Both the position numbers and the translations under genes were made by a program. A DNA stretch of 64,000 nucleotides from Eledone cirrhosa. Its lineage: Eukaryota. Positions within the stretch are counted from its first letter, which is position 1. The number at the start of each line of letters is the position of its first letter. The notes under the pieces were generated by a model. That model searched no databases. It was not told the origin of the DNA and was given only the letters and a program-made list of their open reading frames with translations. The DNA is taken from contig OZ024741.1 of assembly GCA_964016885.1 (NCBI GenBank), forward strand, positions 170,500,001 through 170,564,000, given 5' to 3'. Shown here one piece after another: positions 27,185-43,026 of the stretch.

Positions 27185-28438
27185 GAGAAGTGTGTGGGAA
27201 CAGAGTTCAAAGGGTGTGTAGGGGAGTGGTGGAGAGACATATAGCGAAAGGAAACGGTGCGAATGAAATGAAAAATAAAAATAAAAATAAAGCATGATCA
27301 AAATACAAGGAATGAAATAAAATTAAATATAAAAGCATGATCAAAATAAACTGAAATTAAAAAGGGGGTAAAACAGGTTGTGGAAGGGTGTGGGGTGTGT
27401 ATGTGGATGTATGTGTATGTATGTGCGTGTATGGTCTGTCTGTATGTGTCTATGTGTATTTGTGGGTTTGTATGTGTGGAATGCGTTTATATGAAATCAC
27501 ACGGGTTCTTGGTTAAGGTGTTGTTCTTCTGATCTTTTTGTCGCGAGTTCTATTCTTTAACCATGTGGGTTTTTTTTCCTTAAGCAAGACATTTTATTTC
27601 AGGCTGATCCAGTGCATCAGCAGGAAATAAAAAAAATCTGATGTACTTATAATTCATAAGACCAGCTTTATCACACACATCTATATTATGCCACCATATG
27701 ATTAATGCATTGTTCGTCTTTTTTGTATTCCCTGTATCGTTTATCTGCATTGTTGCTGCTTTCAAGAAACAAACATATTTTATATACACTATATATTTTA
27801 TATACACTATATATATATACACTATATATATTCACTCATATATGCATGTACATTGGGGTGTTTCATTTTGAAAACTATCACCGAACATCTCATGTTGATT
27901 ACCAAACTAAATATGCTGAATTATTGGTCTATCAAATAATATTTGAAGGTGGCACACCTTCACAATCATTCATTTATAGCCTGTGGTATATTGTTTTCTT
28001 TCTGTTCACGTTACCGAATCCAATGAGGAAATAATATAACAGAAGGAAATGAAATGAAACGAAGCAGGAGGAATATGTTCAACATACACAACAATACACA
28101 ATAATATTGCGGTGAGAACGCTTTTTATATATGAAATTTATTGCTGGAAACAGCTCTCTGTCCTCTTTGGGGACTTGTCGAAATGATAATAAGCAGACAA
28201 ATTAAATGAAAATGAGAGAAACACTTTTATGAATAGAATTTATAACAAGAAACGACTTTTTCTAGAACTCGCAACTCACTTTGGTATAAGCTTCAGTTGT
28301 TCTTTGAAGAGAATTATCTTGATCATATATACAACCTTAGCCATCCAACGAGCCTGGTGGTAAGTTCTTGGTATCTAGAAGAACAAAGAAGATGGCCAAA
28401 TACAAAAATAGAGAAAGAAGAGCTTTATGTATTTGTCA

Positions 28439-28521
<83 letters not shown>

Positions 28522-29699
28522 GCATGTGTGTGTATATCTATGTGCCTTTGTGTGTGTGTAATATCTATGCATAGAACAGCTACAATTTATACGCTGCATC
28601 GTGATCCTCTTTTCCTGCGCTCGAACTCAGAAGGACATAAAATATTTCCGTTAATTCACCGTTCTGCAATGAACAATCACTTTTATTCTTCCATCCACGA
28701 AAGAGAGATGTTGTCAAATGCTATGTATATCAAATACAAACTAGTAATTAACTGGAATGAACAGTTTAAGTTACGTAATTCGCATTCATTAGTAGCCTAA
28801 TTAAATACTGCTAAGAATTTCGTTAGCCGGCTTAATGCTTCTGGCAATTTGCCGTTTTATATACATATAAAACGGCAAATTGCCGGGCTACACCACACGC
28901 ATACAGGGCTACACCACACAAAGTCACTTTCTATATATCTGAAGTGGAGATACGACAATTTCTAGGGAATTGAACGACTACATAAGTACTACAATATTGG
29001 CTGGCCGTCTTTCTACTGTTGGTTTTATTGTTTAGCACATGATCAATCCTGATCGAGCAGAAATTATAATCCATGCCAATCAATCTATAAACCTCTCTTA
29101 TTTTTCCATTTCCAGAACTACATTTACTCAAGCTTAACTTTACTGAGACAGGAGGGTGAGGTTTCGGGAAAATTAGGCTTCAATATCGAGAGAGAGACGA
29201 ACAATAAAATAGAAAATCAGTTGCTGTCAACCAAAATTTGCCGACAACGCATTGGTCAGTTCGAGTCGTCAAACTTGATGGTTGAATCTGAATCTATGTG
29301 ACTGAGAAGCGAACACCTTAACCACAAAACTATACTGGTACCGGCATTGTTTCTTTGCTAGCGAGATTACTCATATATTTATTGTATATAAACATATATT
29401 TCTCCATGTCTTACTGCTACTGCAGAAACACACACACACACGCACACACGCACACACACGCACACACACACACGCACACACGCACACACACTAACACACA
29501 CACATGCACACACGCACACACACACACACACGCACACGCACACACGTGCACACACCAACACTACGCGCGCGCGCACGCACACATATATATATATATACGA
29601 AGATGAAGGCAGATGTGATAAAGTAAATATTTATATAAATCTCGTTATGATTGGTAATAACTGTGATAATGCCACAGTCATCTCACTATCCGTGCAAAA

Positions 29700-30095
29700 G
29701 CTGTCTTACTGTATTCTTTACCCATCAACAGTACAGTTCGCTCACATAGTAACGAGATTAGAATCGAAAACCCCCTTCGGTCACGAAAGACCATGTGATT
29801 TGTACCTAGAAAGTTTCCCTTTGAGGCACAAGTCCGAGCAAGGTTGTTTGAGGTAGACCAGCTGTCACCCATGCATACCAGCGTCCCCTCTCCTCGCCAC
29901 CGATGATGTCTAAAGGAAAGGCTATGGCCGATACATCTTGGCACCAGTGACGTCGCAACTCATATCTACAGCTGAGTTAACTGGATCAAAGTGAAATAAA
30001 ATGTGTGGTTCAAGGACATAACGCATCACCCGGTCCGAGAATCGAACTCACAACCTTTCGATTGCAAGCGCAATTCTCTAACCACTAAGCCATGG
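29700..30095 (-). mobile_element. tRNA-derived SINE, second family
   Basis: Minus strand TGGCTTAGTGGTTAGAG (A box) and GAGTTCGATTCTC (B box). Confidence 0.75.
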
Positions 30096-31706
30096 CTATA
30101 ACTAATCACTAAGAGTAGGTTATAACTTATATAATCTTTGCATATAAAACATCTGCTAGAGTAGTTCATACCTTATATGGCTCCATATAATCTGGTATTA
30201 CGATATGTAATATTTTACGGCTAGATTATATATAATAACCAACGAAGGCTTTAGACACAATTTATAACATTCTATTAGTCTTACGTACGTTTGTAAAACA
30301 GAAGAAAAATTAAAGTTATGGCTAGTGAATATTCTTTTATTTTAGTAAGTCATAGTAAATATAAGTAAATCCATATACTACTAAGTAAATTGTGAGCTAT
30401 ATTGCAGTCTGTTTGGTGAGTGCCTACTTCTTCTATGGTGCTCACAGCTCCACTAAAAAGGATTAATAATATTGAAAATATCAAATCCCACCAGGAAAAA
30501 TTGTAATGCCAAATTCAACGTTATTTAAATTTAAATATTACAATGGCATTTTGTCCAGTGCTCTATAATTACTGTCACCTAGAGCTTTCACTAAATACTG
30601 CGATCCTCCATTGCCATAAGGCTAGAAATATATAGCTGGGGAAGGAATTGTTGTTGATTCAATATTCAACTGACATTTATTTTATTGAGCCCAGAATTAT
30701 GAAAGCTAAAATTTGATAGTAATAAAATCAGCAAATATTTTAAACGGTGCTCTGGCAATTCTAACATCTACTGTTTGTGATCATAGAATTGCTTGCTCAC
30801 TGGAGTATAAATACAAGAATAATAACATCAACAACGGAAACAACACCAAGAGTATATTAACTAGATATGCTAGAAATAGCACTTAAATTTCTCTCTAATA
30901 ACCACACAAAATAACATGATGTATAAAGTGGTTGTGTAGTCCATGTGCGTACAATAAAGAAAAGGTGGTCATCACTGGAAGGTCAGTAATCATAGCTTTG
31001 TTTGATCAGTTTAACCTGCACTAGATAACAATAAATATATATGGTTTCCTTGAAAACGTAGGTTCTCCTCGACAACCTTTCTTTTCTTTGACATCGTTGA
31101 TATCTTTTTATTTGAATATTTTTAACAATTGTTATTTGTTTAACAATCCACTTTCAATCATTTTCTATATTTTTTCATTTTTTGTGTGTTGTGTCATCTC
31201 AGGTACACCTTACCCACGTCAATATGAGTTGTCAAATCTATTCCTTATCACGTTATGAAAGAAAAAGAAAATTCCCCATGGTCTATAATCCCAATCAGCC
31301 TTTCATGATTGTAGATATTTGAAACAAGCCGTTGCTGAGTGCACTAACTTTACTAACACAGACTAAAAATGAAAGGCACTCATTATAATGAAAGATGGTT
31401 GTTGTTATCGAGAGGGTGTGTGTGAAAGATAGAATGTTGTCACAATAGTAAGTTACAAGTTTTGATTAGATAGGCGGGAACTTTAAGTGAAAGTTTGCCA
31501 AAACGTGTGGAAATATATGTCTGTGCGTATTATTTCTGTATGTCCTTCAACATGTAGACAACACCATATAGATTTAAAAAATGACTTTCATTATATAACG
31601 TTTTACTATTAACTGACCATACAATACGAGGGCATGATATTATAAATACCTGAAATGATAACGACTGTATTATTGTTACACACGGCTAGCCGGATGTTTG
31701 CCACAT

Positions 31707-31845
31707 AATTGTTTCTACTTTAGGCACAAGGCCAGCAATCACCCAGTGCATTACTGGTACTTTATTTTATCGACCTCGTAAGGATGAAAGGCTAAGTCAA
31801 CCTCGGCGGGATTTGAACTCAGATCGTAAAGGGACGTAACTATGC
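31707..31845 (-). mobile_element. 5'-truncated SINE with flanking duplication
   Basis: Family body; GGATGTTTGCCACATAAT at 31692-31709 and 31856-31873. Confidence 0.85.
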
Positions 31846-34027
31846 TGGAAAGCTGGATGTTTGCCACATAATATCACTATTTTACCGTCCATATGTATGA
31901 GCATTACAGAACTAACCGTACAGAAGCAGTAAAGCAGCGCCAGCAATGAATGAAGGAGAATGAAAGGACCAGACAGATTAACCCAGCTTGACGAAGACAA
32001 GCGTGCGAACTACTTTCTCAAGAACAGCGAGAACATGTTTATCATGAGGTATTGTTCAATGAGTGTACTTATTTTGTAGAATATGAAAAAAAGTATTTTA
32101 ACTAAATTTCATTGACCTAGTGTATTCAGACTGTTATTAATCTTCATCGAGAAAGTTAATCTAAACATTATTTGAACAATTTATGAAGACACATACATAA
32201 TTAACAAATACATCTTCCGGCAGCGTAGTGACGTTTAAAGACTTAGTATTTTTTAAATGTATAATAAATGGATACATATTTCATATTTTCAGCATTTGAT
32301 ATTGATATGAAAGCGACTACTCTTCTCTGAGGATCTTGAAATGGATTGTCTGTTTACATTAAGTTGCAAGATCAAGATTCACCACTTCTGCTCTTGATGC
32401 AAGTGTACGGAAGGGACGAGAAACAAATTAACAATTTTTTTCGGAAAGTAAAATCACAAAAAATTGTTTTCTCCGCGTTCCATAGAAAAGTTGTTTGCAA
32501 GCCCTGAGTTTGAGACTCCTGACCTATTAGATAACTTCATTTCATATACATAGACAGCATAAAAGGCGGTTTGGCTGTACTCTGAGTGCTTTTGATTCTA
32601 GTTCTGGTCGATCATTGCTGATATACTAACATATACTAACATAAAAACTAGCAACGAACGAGTTTCAGCATTCGTACTCAACCGGCTGGAAACAATACAC
32701 AAATCAGCCTAAAGTCATATTCTTCAGTTATAAAGAAGGAAATGCACATTGGTTGATGTGGTGCTAGATGTACTCTCTAAAGACAAACACGTAAACCACA
32801 ACATTATGTTTTTGGTCCATATATCCGTTTGTTAAAGAGTGACATTTGGGATAAACACAAACAACAAAAACAATAACAGACAAAACAATGAAATAGTTTT
32901 ATATTTTCGTTTCACCTGACAGAAATAGTAGTCAGATTTCTCTCGAATCAAGACACGAACAATGATTGTCCCATTGTATAATGGAATCCTTGATACATGT
33001 AGAAAGTGAAGATGGTGTTGGTTTGATTGTTTGGGATTATATGTTTCCAATCAAGTCTCAACTAGAACTAAATAATGTGAATAACTGGAATTACATATAT
33101 CCATTTTTGTTTGAGTTTTTAACACCAGGTCAGCCGCACAGGGACAGAACCATCATCAATGTTATTCCATCCATACGAAGCTCTTTTTTTATTTCTAGGC
33201 TAATATACATAGGAGTGCGTCAGTATCTTTAACTTTGAAAGACAATATTTAGTCAGTATTACTAGCCAGGCTACTGACTATATAGTAGCTTCATTGTGGT
33301 CTCATATTATTTGTTTGTTTGTTGGTAATAGTAAAAACATAGCAGAAGTAGTCACCTGCTGTTTATGCCAGAAAACTACAAAGCTTAGCTTAGGCAAATA
33401 ACCAAATCACTAAAATGTATATAAACAAATTTAAGAAAAAGAGAGACAGACATCGTAATTATGGATCAGACATATAGAAAGTAAATCCAACATGTAATTT
33501 GTCTTACAAAAAGGATTATCAAACGTCTGTCAAGAACTTGTGTCGATGTTATTTACTACCAGTAACGCTGCTGATTAAATCTAGGATTATGTTATGTTCT
33601 GGTATAAGTAGAGGTAATAGTTGTGACAATAGTTATGATCATAGTACTGATGATAATGGTCGTATTGTTCAGAGGAGGAGCGTAATGAAATGGATTTAAA
33701 CGAAGCAAAACTAATGTTTACACTCTTTTATTTTTTTATGACAAGAACGATTCTGTTTTTTTTTCTTCCTTTACATTCTTGTTTTGGTTTACATTTTTAT
33801 TTTTTCGTGGTGGATTTTGTTGTATGTGTTTGTGTTTGTCTTTGTGTTTGTGTGTGTGTGGTTTCTACTTTCGTAACACAATCGTTTTTCTTGTTGTGTT
33901 TGTTTTTCTGAGAGTTATCCCACTCTCCTACATTTGTAACAATGATTTGTTAAATTCAATAGGATTCTATGAAATACCTTTCTGGTCCCCTTATTTCACT
34001 TCTAACATTAAAACAGATTTATGAGCC

Positions 34028-34063
<36 letters not shown>

Positions 34064-34241
34064 AGTATGGTAATAATAATTTTTTTTATTATAATTAACA
34101 GTTGTAGTAGTAGTAGGGGCTATGGTGGTGGTGGTGGTGGTGGTGGTGAAGGTGATGGTGGCAGTCGTCGTAGTGGGAACATTGTTTCAATTTCATTACT
34201 ACTACTACTACTACTACCATCACCACCACCACCACCACTAC

Positions 34242-34292
<51 letters not shown>

Positions 34293-34340
34293 CACCACCA
34301 CCACCACTACTACTACTACTACTACAACCACCACCACCAT

Positions 34341-34376
<36 letters not shown>

Positions 34377-34397
34377 AACTACCACCACCACCACTAT

Positions 34398-34433
<36 letters not shown>

Positions 34434-34619
34434 AACAACAACAACAACAACTACTACTACTACCACCACCACCACCACCACCACCGCCACCACCACCACC
34501 ACCACCACCACCACCACCACCACCACCACCACTACTACTACTACTACTACCACCACCACCACCACTACCACCACCACCACCACTACTACTACTACTACAA
34601 TTACCACCACCACCACCAT

Positions 34620-34698
<79 letters not shown>

Positions 34699-34700
34699 GT
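34028..34700. repeat. Compound trinucleotide microsatellite (GTT/GGT/CTA/CCA/CAA)
   Basis: Seen directly in the sequence; source of the poly-L/P and poly-V ORFs. Confidence 0.95.
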
Positions 34701-34875
34701 TGTTAGTTTACACAATTCTTTCCATCAAAATGCTTCACGTTTGAAAAATTCTTGGGATAATTCTTTCAAGAATTATTTAATGCTCACTTCCTTTATTTGT
34801 TTTTATGTTTGTTGTGTTTTTATTGTTACTTTGAGTACATTCGTAATTGTGTCTCGTGTGTATACAGTGTTTGTT

Positions 34876-34906
<31 letters not shown>

Positions 34907-35067
34907 TTGTGCGTGTGTATGTATGTGGATTTGTGTGTTGTTTATGTGTATGTCTGACTTCACTCTGTGTTTGCGGATATTTGTTGCTTTGTGAACGTGT
35001 GCATGTATGCGTATTTCCTTGTGTTTTTTTGTGTTGCATTGTGTCCGTGCCTCTCCCTTTCTCTCTC

Positions 35068-35101
<34 letters not shown>

Positions 35102-37167
35102 CCTCTCTCTGTGTTTCAGTCTATCTGTACTTTAGTAACAAAAGGTATTGTGTAATAAAGAACGAATATTTGTTGGACAATGATTTTGACACGAACAAAA
35201 TACAAACGCAATCAATTTCAATCACGCTCTACACAAGACAATAATGAGTTTCTACATGGTTGCTTGATCTGCTAGAAACAGCAGCCTATCCTCCCTCATA
35301 TCCTCTTTAAAGGACTTCTCAAAGAGAAAGGCACTTAAGTAACTCAGTCCGGTATACGGGAAAAAAGGATAATGTGCTCATGCTGGACCATCTTTAATCA
35401 TCGATTTTCTCAGGCTAAACTATCACCAGTACCATCACCACTATCACCACCACCACCAGCACCAGCACCACCAGCACCAGCACCAGCACCACCACCACCA
35501 CCAACATAACCACCACCACAACAACAACAACAACGAAAAGAAAGACAAACTAAAAGAACATGTGTTTCTGCCATTCACAAATCTTTCTATTTTATTGAAA
35601 TAAGATTAACTGATATTCTTTAGCAACAAATGTTATATCATATTGCTGTGTAGATAATTTTGTTGTTACTGTTGCTGTTGTTAGTTTTGTTTTGTACCAG
35701 GTCAGATGTTAGCGCATAAACTTAGGAAAGTCGTTGCATCTGGTGACTAACATGTGACCATTATATTTTTTCATTCGGGTACATTCTATCTAGGATTACA
35801 TTATTGTATGATATTTCCTCGTCGTTATTGATTTTTTATTGTTTTTGTTTTATTTTTATTGATTTATTATTATTTTTTCTTTTGATGATGATGATGATGA
35901 TTATGGTGATAATGTTGTTTAGCTCCAGATTAAATCTGGTCCTGAAAATCAGATATGACTTACTGTATTTATATCAACTCTGAGAGTTCTGACTTCAAAT
36001 TATGTCCCCTATCACCGACCCTTTCATGGTGTAAAAAGTGAGTCTTTGACACCCTGCTGACGATTATAGACTAACTAATGAGGATGTCACAAGAAATTAC
36101 GTGTCCTTTGGCGCAACATCTTAATATGCATGAATGTTGATCGTTCATTGAAACGGGAGAAACATTAGGACAGAAATATTTTAAATGTGACAAGGTAATT
36201 TAGAGCCCCAGCTTTCAGTGATATAAAAGTGAACTTAAAATGTTTACAATAATGACGATGTGTATGATAACAGCAAATATTTATACTTTAAGCCCCAAAT
36301 CATATATTTTGAGAAGGGAGAGAGAGAGAGTGTTGTAAACTAATCGAAGCTAATACTTGACCTGTACACATTTTGTAGACACCCGTAACTCTGATAAATA
36401 ACACTGACTCCGACCGTATTTGAACTCGGGAAGGCCACTAACTCAACATCCTTCATTTTACTGCAAATGAAACATTAATAGTGTTAAGTTTGCCTTCTAA
36501 AGACACCATTATTAGATGACCAGCCAGACTTAGTTCTAATAGACAATATAATTTTATTTACTTCGAAATAGAAACTAAATACCGCCGGTTGAACAACGAT
36601 GTCATACGCAAACAGCCAGTGGCACAAATCCTTAAAATCAATAATTTCATCATTCTGCTTTCATTTTTAAAACGCTCCTACATATTGATTTCCGACTTAG
36701 GCTGAAAGCCAGAAATGTGTTAGTAAATTAAAAATAATACAAATAATGTGTGCGTAGTTTAAATTGTATTATATATAAAGTATTGACCACAGTTTCTTCC
36801 TCGTACTATGTCAATAAAGGAGAATTTATGTACTCACTCGACGTGCTGGAAGAAGCAGCCGAGAAAGAGATATCACAGATTATGTACTCATAGGTATAAA
36901 AGAACGATTCTTTGATCATGGCTGGTATAACAACAATTGTTAAATAATTCGACTTGATGTAAAACAGCAAATGCACTTATTGAAAGGTACCGAAATCCCT
37001 CAAATAAATGATGAGCTTTGTATATATATATATAAACAATTAGTTATTTAATTTGTTGATTATTCAACAAAGTTAATTTATAACAGATTAGAAGCACTGA
37101 ACAGCTTTCTTCTGGAGTATAATAGCAATAATATTAATAAATGGAAACTATCTTTATAAAACCATAT

Positions 37168-37230
37168 TTATTTTATTATATATATTTCAAGAGTACCAGT
37201 ATTTTGGTACACTCTCATCAGATAAAATAA
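37168..37230 (-). ncRNA. Type I hammerhead ribozyme (AUA site)
   Basis: TTATTTTAT-CTGATGA-(GTACCA/TGGTAC)-GAA-ATATATAT-A-ATAAAATAA. Confidence 0.8.
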
Positions 37231-37495
37231 AAAAATTGGTTTACAGATAGTAACATATCTACATATGAACTTAATGTTATAAGTTCTATGTTATGTGTTC
37301 AGTTTTAATGTTATCCTCATGAGCATCTTCATCTCGAGGTTTGAAGTTTTGTTGAAAATAGAAGTGACATAGTCACTACTTTAAAATAATAGCGTAAGGT
37401 CTTCAAAATGTTTTTAATTAAGCATACAGTATATTGCCAAAAATATACTATATATACATTCATGTATACATCGGTATTTCAGAGCACCAATTCTA

Positions 37496-37541
<46 letters not shown>

Positions 37542-37618
37542 ATAATAATAAATGCGAAGACTAAAATCCGAAGAGGGCTCGATAAGGATATATATATATC
37601 ATATATATATATATAAAT

Positions 37619-37652
<34 letters not shown>

Positions 37653-38488
37653 CTATATATATATATGCGTGTGATGATCAGGAATATAACGTCGTTCATC
37701 ATGTTTTTTCATTCACGGCTGACCTGAGGATAAACGAGAATTGTATCTTAACCAACGATGGCTCCTCGACGTTTTAGAGATAACTTCTAAATCCGGCTTT
37801 TCGTCTTGATAAAAGGGGGATAATTGAGATGATAATTGGTTAGTTGGTCAATATAGGTATTCCCCAAAGAAGGACGAAATAGTCTTATGGAGAACCTTTT
37901 TTAACGTAGCTTACTTTGATTAGATTCTTCTTGAAGCCACAGCAGCGCAACATCAACAATAAAAGCAACCTCACCAGCAGAAATAAATCATCATCACTAA
38001 CAATAACAGCAATAACCACGTAAAAAACAACAGTACCAACAACAATAACAGCAAAAACAGCATCATCAAGAAACAGCATCATTTCATACATATTTTTGTG
38101 AAAATAGATGAACGAAATATAACTGATTGTCATCGTATGCAACGAGATGGTCATGGTTAAAGCCTATTTTATTGTGTTCTATTTCGACTCTAAACAACAA
38201 CAAAAACAGCCCATACTAATGTTATTGATGGAAGAGGCAAAAAGAATCCGATTCCGATCTTATTAAAGTGAATAATGAACTGACTTTAATCAACCTTGTT
38301 AAAATCTATAACGACCCGACATCAATAGCTTTCTTAAACATCAGATTGTCCGTTTACCGGTGTCCACATCGTGATAAATATTCGGACCTGGTCTTTTTGT
38401 TGATACTATATTTTCCTCTTCCTTCCTTAATTCCTGTACACGATAATAATATAAATGTGCATAAATATATCAATATATATGTATATCA

Positions 38489-38542
<54 letters not shown>

Positions 38543-38859
38543 AACCAGTAAGACCCCGACAGCTGAGCTCAAGCCGTTTCGACGGCTAATTCTCTAATAT
38601 ATATATATATATTTCGTTTCTGAATTTGTTTAGCAAGATTCTTTATCTGAAAACGTGTGTTGAAACCGATATTGTTATACTTTGGGAGGGTCATGTTGCC
38701 AATAAGAAACACACGCAGCAGTTGCTTTCACTTCAATTTATTATAATACATTTATAAATTCAAGAATTTATAAATTTCGGGTTGGTTGGTTGGTTCCACA
38801 ACCAGATGGTTGTTTATATATTGTCAAAGTTCTTTCGTCACACTTTCTGTGACCTCTTC

Positions 38860-38901
<42 letters not shown>

Positions 38902-39076
38902 ATTATAGTATTATTCAGTTTCCCGTTGGTTTAATCATTTAATTTGATTATGTAACAAGAATGTGAAGCAGTTTACTGAAATGTTTTACTCAACGGTCGA
39001 ATTATATCAGTTGGTAAGTCCTGTGGTAATTCCACTATATGTTTAAAGTGTAACAATTTACGGAGTATATATAGAA

Positions 39077-39218
39077 ATTTACATAATTATTATTTACAAC
39101 ATCACATTACAGAAGAGTTGGAATAACATGTATTGCATAACACTCTAGACAGTGTTATGTAATAAATGTTATTCCCACTGTTCTGGAGTGTGATGGTTTA
39201 AATAATAATTTTGTAAAT
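39077..39218. repeat. Old imperfect hairpin (MITE-like)
   Basis: ATTTACATAATTATTATTTA...CATAACACT / AGTGTTATG...TAAATAATAATTTTGTAAAT. Confidence 0.65.
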
Positions 39219-39605
39219 CTCTCTCTCTCTCTCTCTATCTATCTACCTATCTATCTTTCTCTCTCTCTGGCTCATACACACACACTTACATATATACATA
39301 CATACATATATATATATCATACGTTGGATTTTACTGAGCATTATGCAGCTAAAATATGCGATGAATTCCCATCTCTACACAGACAGTAAATGATTTTATC
39401 AAAGCAGCAAGAAATACACATTTATATGTGGAAATATATCTAATTTAGTCATTACCCTGTGGACTGATAAAGATAGAGAGTTTGATGCGAATTTCGTCCT
39501 TGTTGAGAGCATCGTCAGAATCTATCTATATATCCCAGCATCATGGAGAAATACACCACTAAAGCAATTGTTTCGGCAACATACATTGGATTTGGTAAGA
39601 GAAAG

Positions 39606-39689
<84 letters not shown>

Positions 39690-39696
<7 letters not shown>

Positions 39697-40470
39697 GAGT
39701 TGAGCAAGCGGTTATCAAACAATTCTCTAAATAAATTAAAAAACGATTTAAATAATCACCTGTTCTATTGCTATTACCGACCATTCCAAAAATTGGAAAT
39801 CCAATGGAAAGAAATGGATCTTCAGACGGCTTATTTCCATACTATAAGGTTGCCAGCCCTACAGCAAGTAAATATTTCTCTTCCTGCCCAACGCATGCGG
39901 TCAAGCCGTTAAAATGACACACACGCAAAATCAGGTCGCAGATAATAGCTGTTTATTATAAACGTGATGATACTGCCACTAAAATTAGTAGCATTATTCA
40001 ACGTTTTGTTCTCTACACGAGGAGAAAAATTATAAAAGTATAATGCTACTAATTTTAGTGGCAGTATCAACACGTTTATAATAAACAGCTATTATCTGCG
40101 ACCTGATTTTGCGTGTGTGTCATTTTAACGGCTTGGCCGCATGCGTTGGGCAGGAAGCGAAATATTTACTTGCTGTAGGGCTGGCAACCTTATAGTATGG
40201 AAATAAGCTGTCTGAAGATCCATTTCTTTCCATTGGAAATTCTTTGGATTTCCAATTTTTGGAATGGTGAAACCGTCGGTAACAGCAATAGAACAGCTGA
40301 TTATTTAAATCGTTTTTTAATTTATTTAGAGAATTGTTTGATAACCGCTTGCTCCGCTCTTTTTATATTGTTCTGGTATCTCAAATTAGTACCATCGAAC
40401 CACAATTATTATAAACACCCTGCATATTTCTACAAGTACTTAGTGCCTGCTGAAGTATTCATCCACTTTT
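39690..40470. mobile_element. (TA)n-flanked asymmetric hairpin element
   Basis: 39690-39997 pairs with 40040-40367; the right arm has about 100 bp extra. Confidence 0.9.
40207..40286 (+). ncRNA. Type I hammerhead ribozyme (GUA site)
   Basis: GCTGT-CTGAAGA-long helix II-GAA-ACC.GTC.GGT-A-ACAGC. The left-arm copy has lost its GAAA box. Confidence 0.8.
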
Positions 40471-40561
40471 ATATATATATATATATATAACTTTCTCTTG
40501 GCAAATCCAATGTATGTTGCCGCCACAATTGAGTAATCAATGAACCATATTAATCTTTGGT

Positions 40562-40594
<33 letters not shown>

Positions 40595-40772
40595 ATATAT
40601 ATATATATATGTATATATTTATATAGGAACGGGTAGGATCCAGAATTAGCCGTCGAAACGGCTTGAGCTCAGCCGTCGGGGTCCTACCCGTTCCTATTAC
40701 CCACTCTACTACCCTAAGTATTGAGAACTTTAGTGCGTTATGGTCCATCTGGTTCCTTACCACATTTCCTTC

Positions 40773-40883
<111 letters not shown>

Positions 40884-41223
40884 CCAAAGATTAATATGGT
40901 TCATTGATTACTCAATGAATATTGTTTTACAAAGATTAAAAGCACTCTACAGTGAAGTTTTCTGGAGTTATTAATATTGTTCTGGAGTTATTAATCTAAA
41001 ATAAATATTTATGTATGTATGTATTTATTTCTTCTTGCATTTCCTCATACTCACCCCCTCCTTATAACTATACCCCGCTCCACATCCTCTTCTTCATTAA
41101 ATTTAAGTTTATCATGTTATTATTTGTGGTTTATAAATGTTGAGACTTGTTGTAATAATTCACTGCCAATACTGGAATTGAACCATCAAGACCGTCGAGA
41201 TATATCATACATCAATTCATGTA

Positions 41224-41285
41224 TTTTATCTGACGAGGACGTACGGAAAAAACAGCACAATACCTTCGAAATATATATAATAAAA
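41224..41285 (+). ncRNA. Type I hammerhead ribozyme (AUA site)
   Basis: TTTTAT-CTGACGA-GGACGTA..TACCTTC-GAA-ATATATAT-A-ATAAAA. Confidence 0.75.
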
Positions 41286-41329
41286 CCTATATTTTGATTA
41301 TGTGAATGTCTTCATTTATTAATATTTAG

Positions 41330-41468
<139 letters not shown>

Positions 41469-41469
41469 C

Positions 41470-41589
<120 letters not shown>

Positions 41590-42027
41590 GAGACGTATAG
41601 AGATTGTTTTAGCAAGAAGCTAACGGCATTCTATAACATATATGCGACTATAACGTCAAGATGGGAAAAGTAGTTAACGAAAGATTTAGGAAAAATAACT
41701 CAAACTCATCTCAAAAGAGAATCAGGATACAAATTCATCCACAGAATTTAGTAAAATCCATGGAAAAATCTATAGACCTTTAACTCATGATAAAACAAAG
41801 TTTGAAACACTTATCCTTCAATTTGGAATAACATCAAATGCTCTGTATAGTCTTAAAAGACTATTTCATGAAAACTTTCAGTGGAGATGGTCACGGTTGG
41901 AATATCATTCATCAGCAGAGCTCAACAGAAAACCAGGGCTCTCACAGTAATATAGTCCGAAAAAGGGAATTCTAAAACTGGCTAGTTCGCCTTCATGTGT
42001 ATTTATGAAAAAGCACATGAGGAAAAA

Positions 42028-42156
<129 letters not shown>

Positions 42157-42184
42157 TGTATATATGTATATATATGTATATATG

Positions 42185-42468
<284 letters not shown>

Positions 42469-42514
42469 TATATACATATATACATATATACATATATTTA
42501 TATATATATAGGTA

Positions 42515-42559
42515 AATATTGCTGATGAGTTGTAACAACAACGAAACTAGTTCAATATT
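42515..42559 (+). ncRNA. Minimal type I hammerhead (GUU site)
   Basis: AATATTG-CTGATGA-GTTG..CAAC-GAA-ACTAGT-T-CAATATT. Confidence 0.85.
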
Positions 42560-42981
42560 CCTTGTCTGGCTTTCTGGAGAATAGAGGAAAGGTGTTTCCT
42601 CGAAAACCAGTATGACTCTAAAAACCGGTTTGTCTGTGTGTTTACATACAGAATAGCTGGGTTACTCACAGTAAAGTAACCAGTGAAAGACTTGTTACAT
42701 CTACATATGTATACGTGTGTGTATTCATATGCATACTAGTATTTCAGTATGCATATGTGGATGTACATTTTTAACTTAATTGTTTAAGCGTCAGTCATAC
42801 AAAAGTGAGTTACAAACGAAACGAAATTTAATTTCGTTTCGTTATTTGTTTTTATCGTTTCCGCTGAACCGGTGCGTACTCACACTCTATGCAAATTAGT
42901 CTGCCCACTACTAATTTTCATAGAAAAAGCATATAACGATATGTGCTTTTACGATTCTCCAGAAAGGCCGGTAGATAGGTA

Positions 42982-43026
42982 AATATTGCTGATGAGTTGT
43001 AACAACAACGAAACTAGTTCAATATT
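42982..43026 (+). ncRNA. Minimal type I hammerhead, second identical copy
   Basis: Identical to 42515-42559, 467 nt downstream. Confidence 0.85.

Noticed and set aside
32966-33232. 88-aa ORF as a host exon
   Set aside because: No recognisable motif and no clear splice boundaries.
34067-34744. 225-aa poly-Leu/Pro and 206-aa poly-Val ORFs
   Set aside because: Read-through of a compound trinucleotide microsatellite; no domain or splice evidence.
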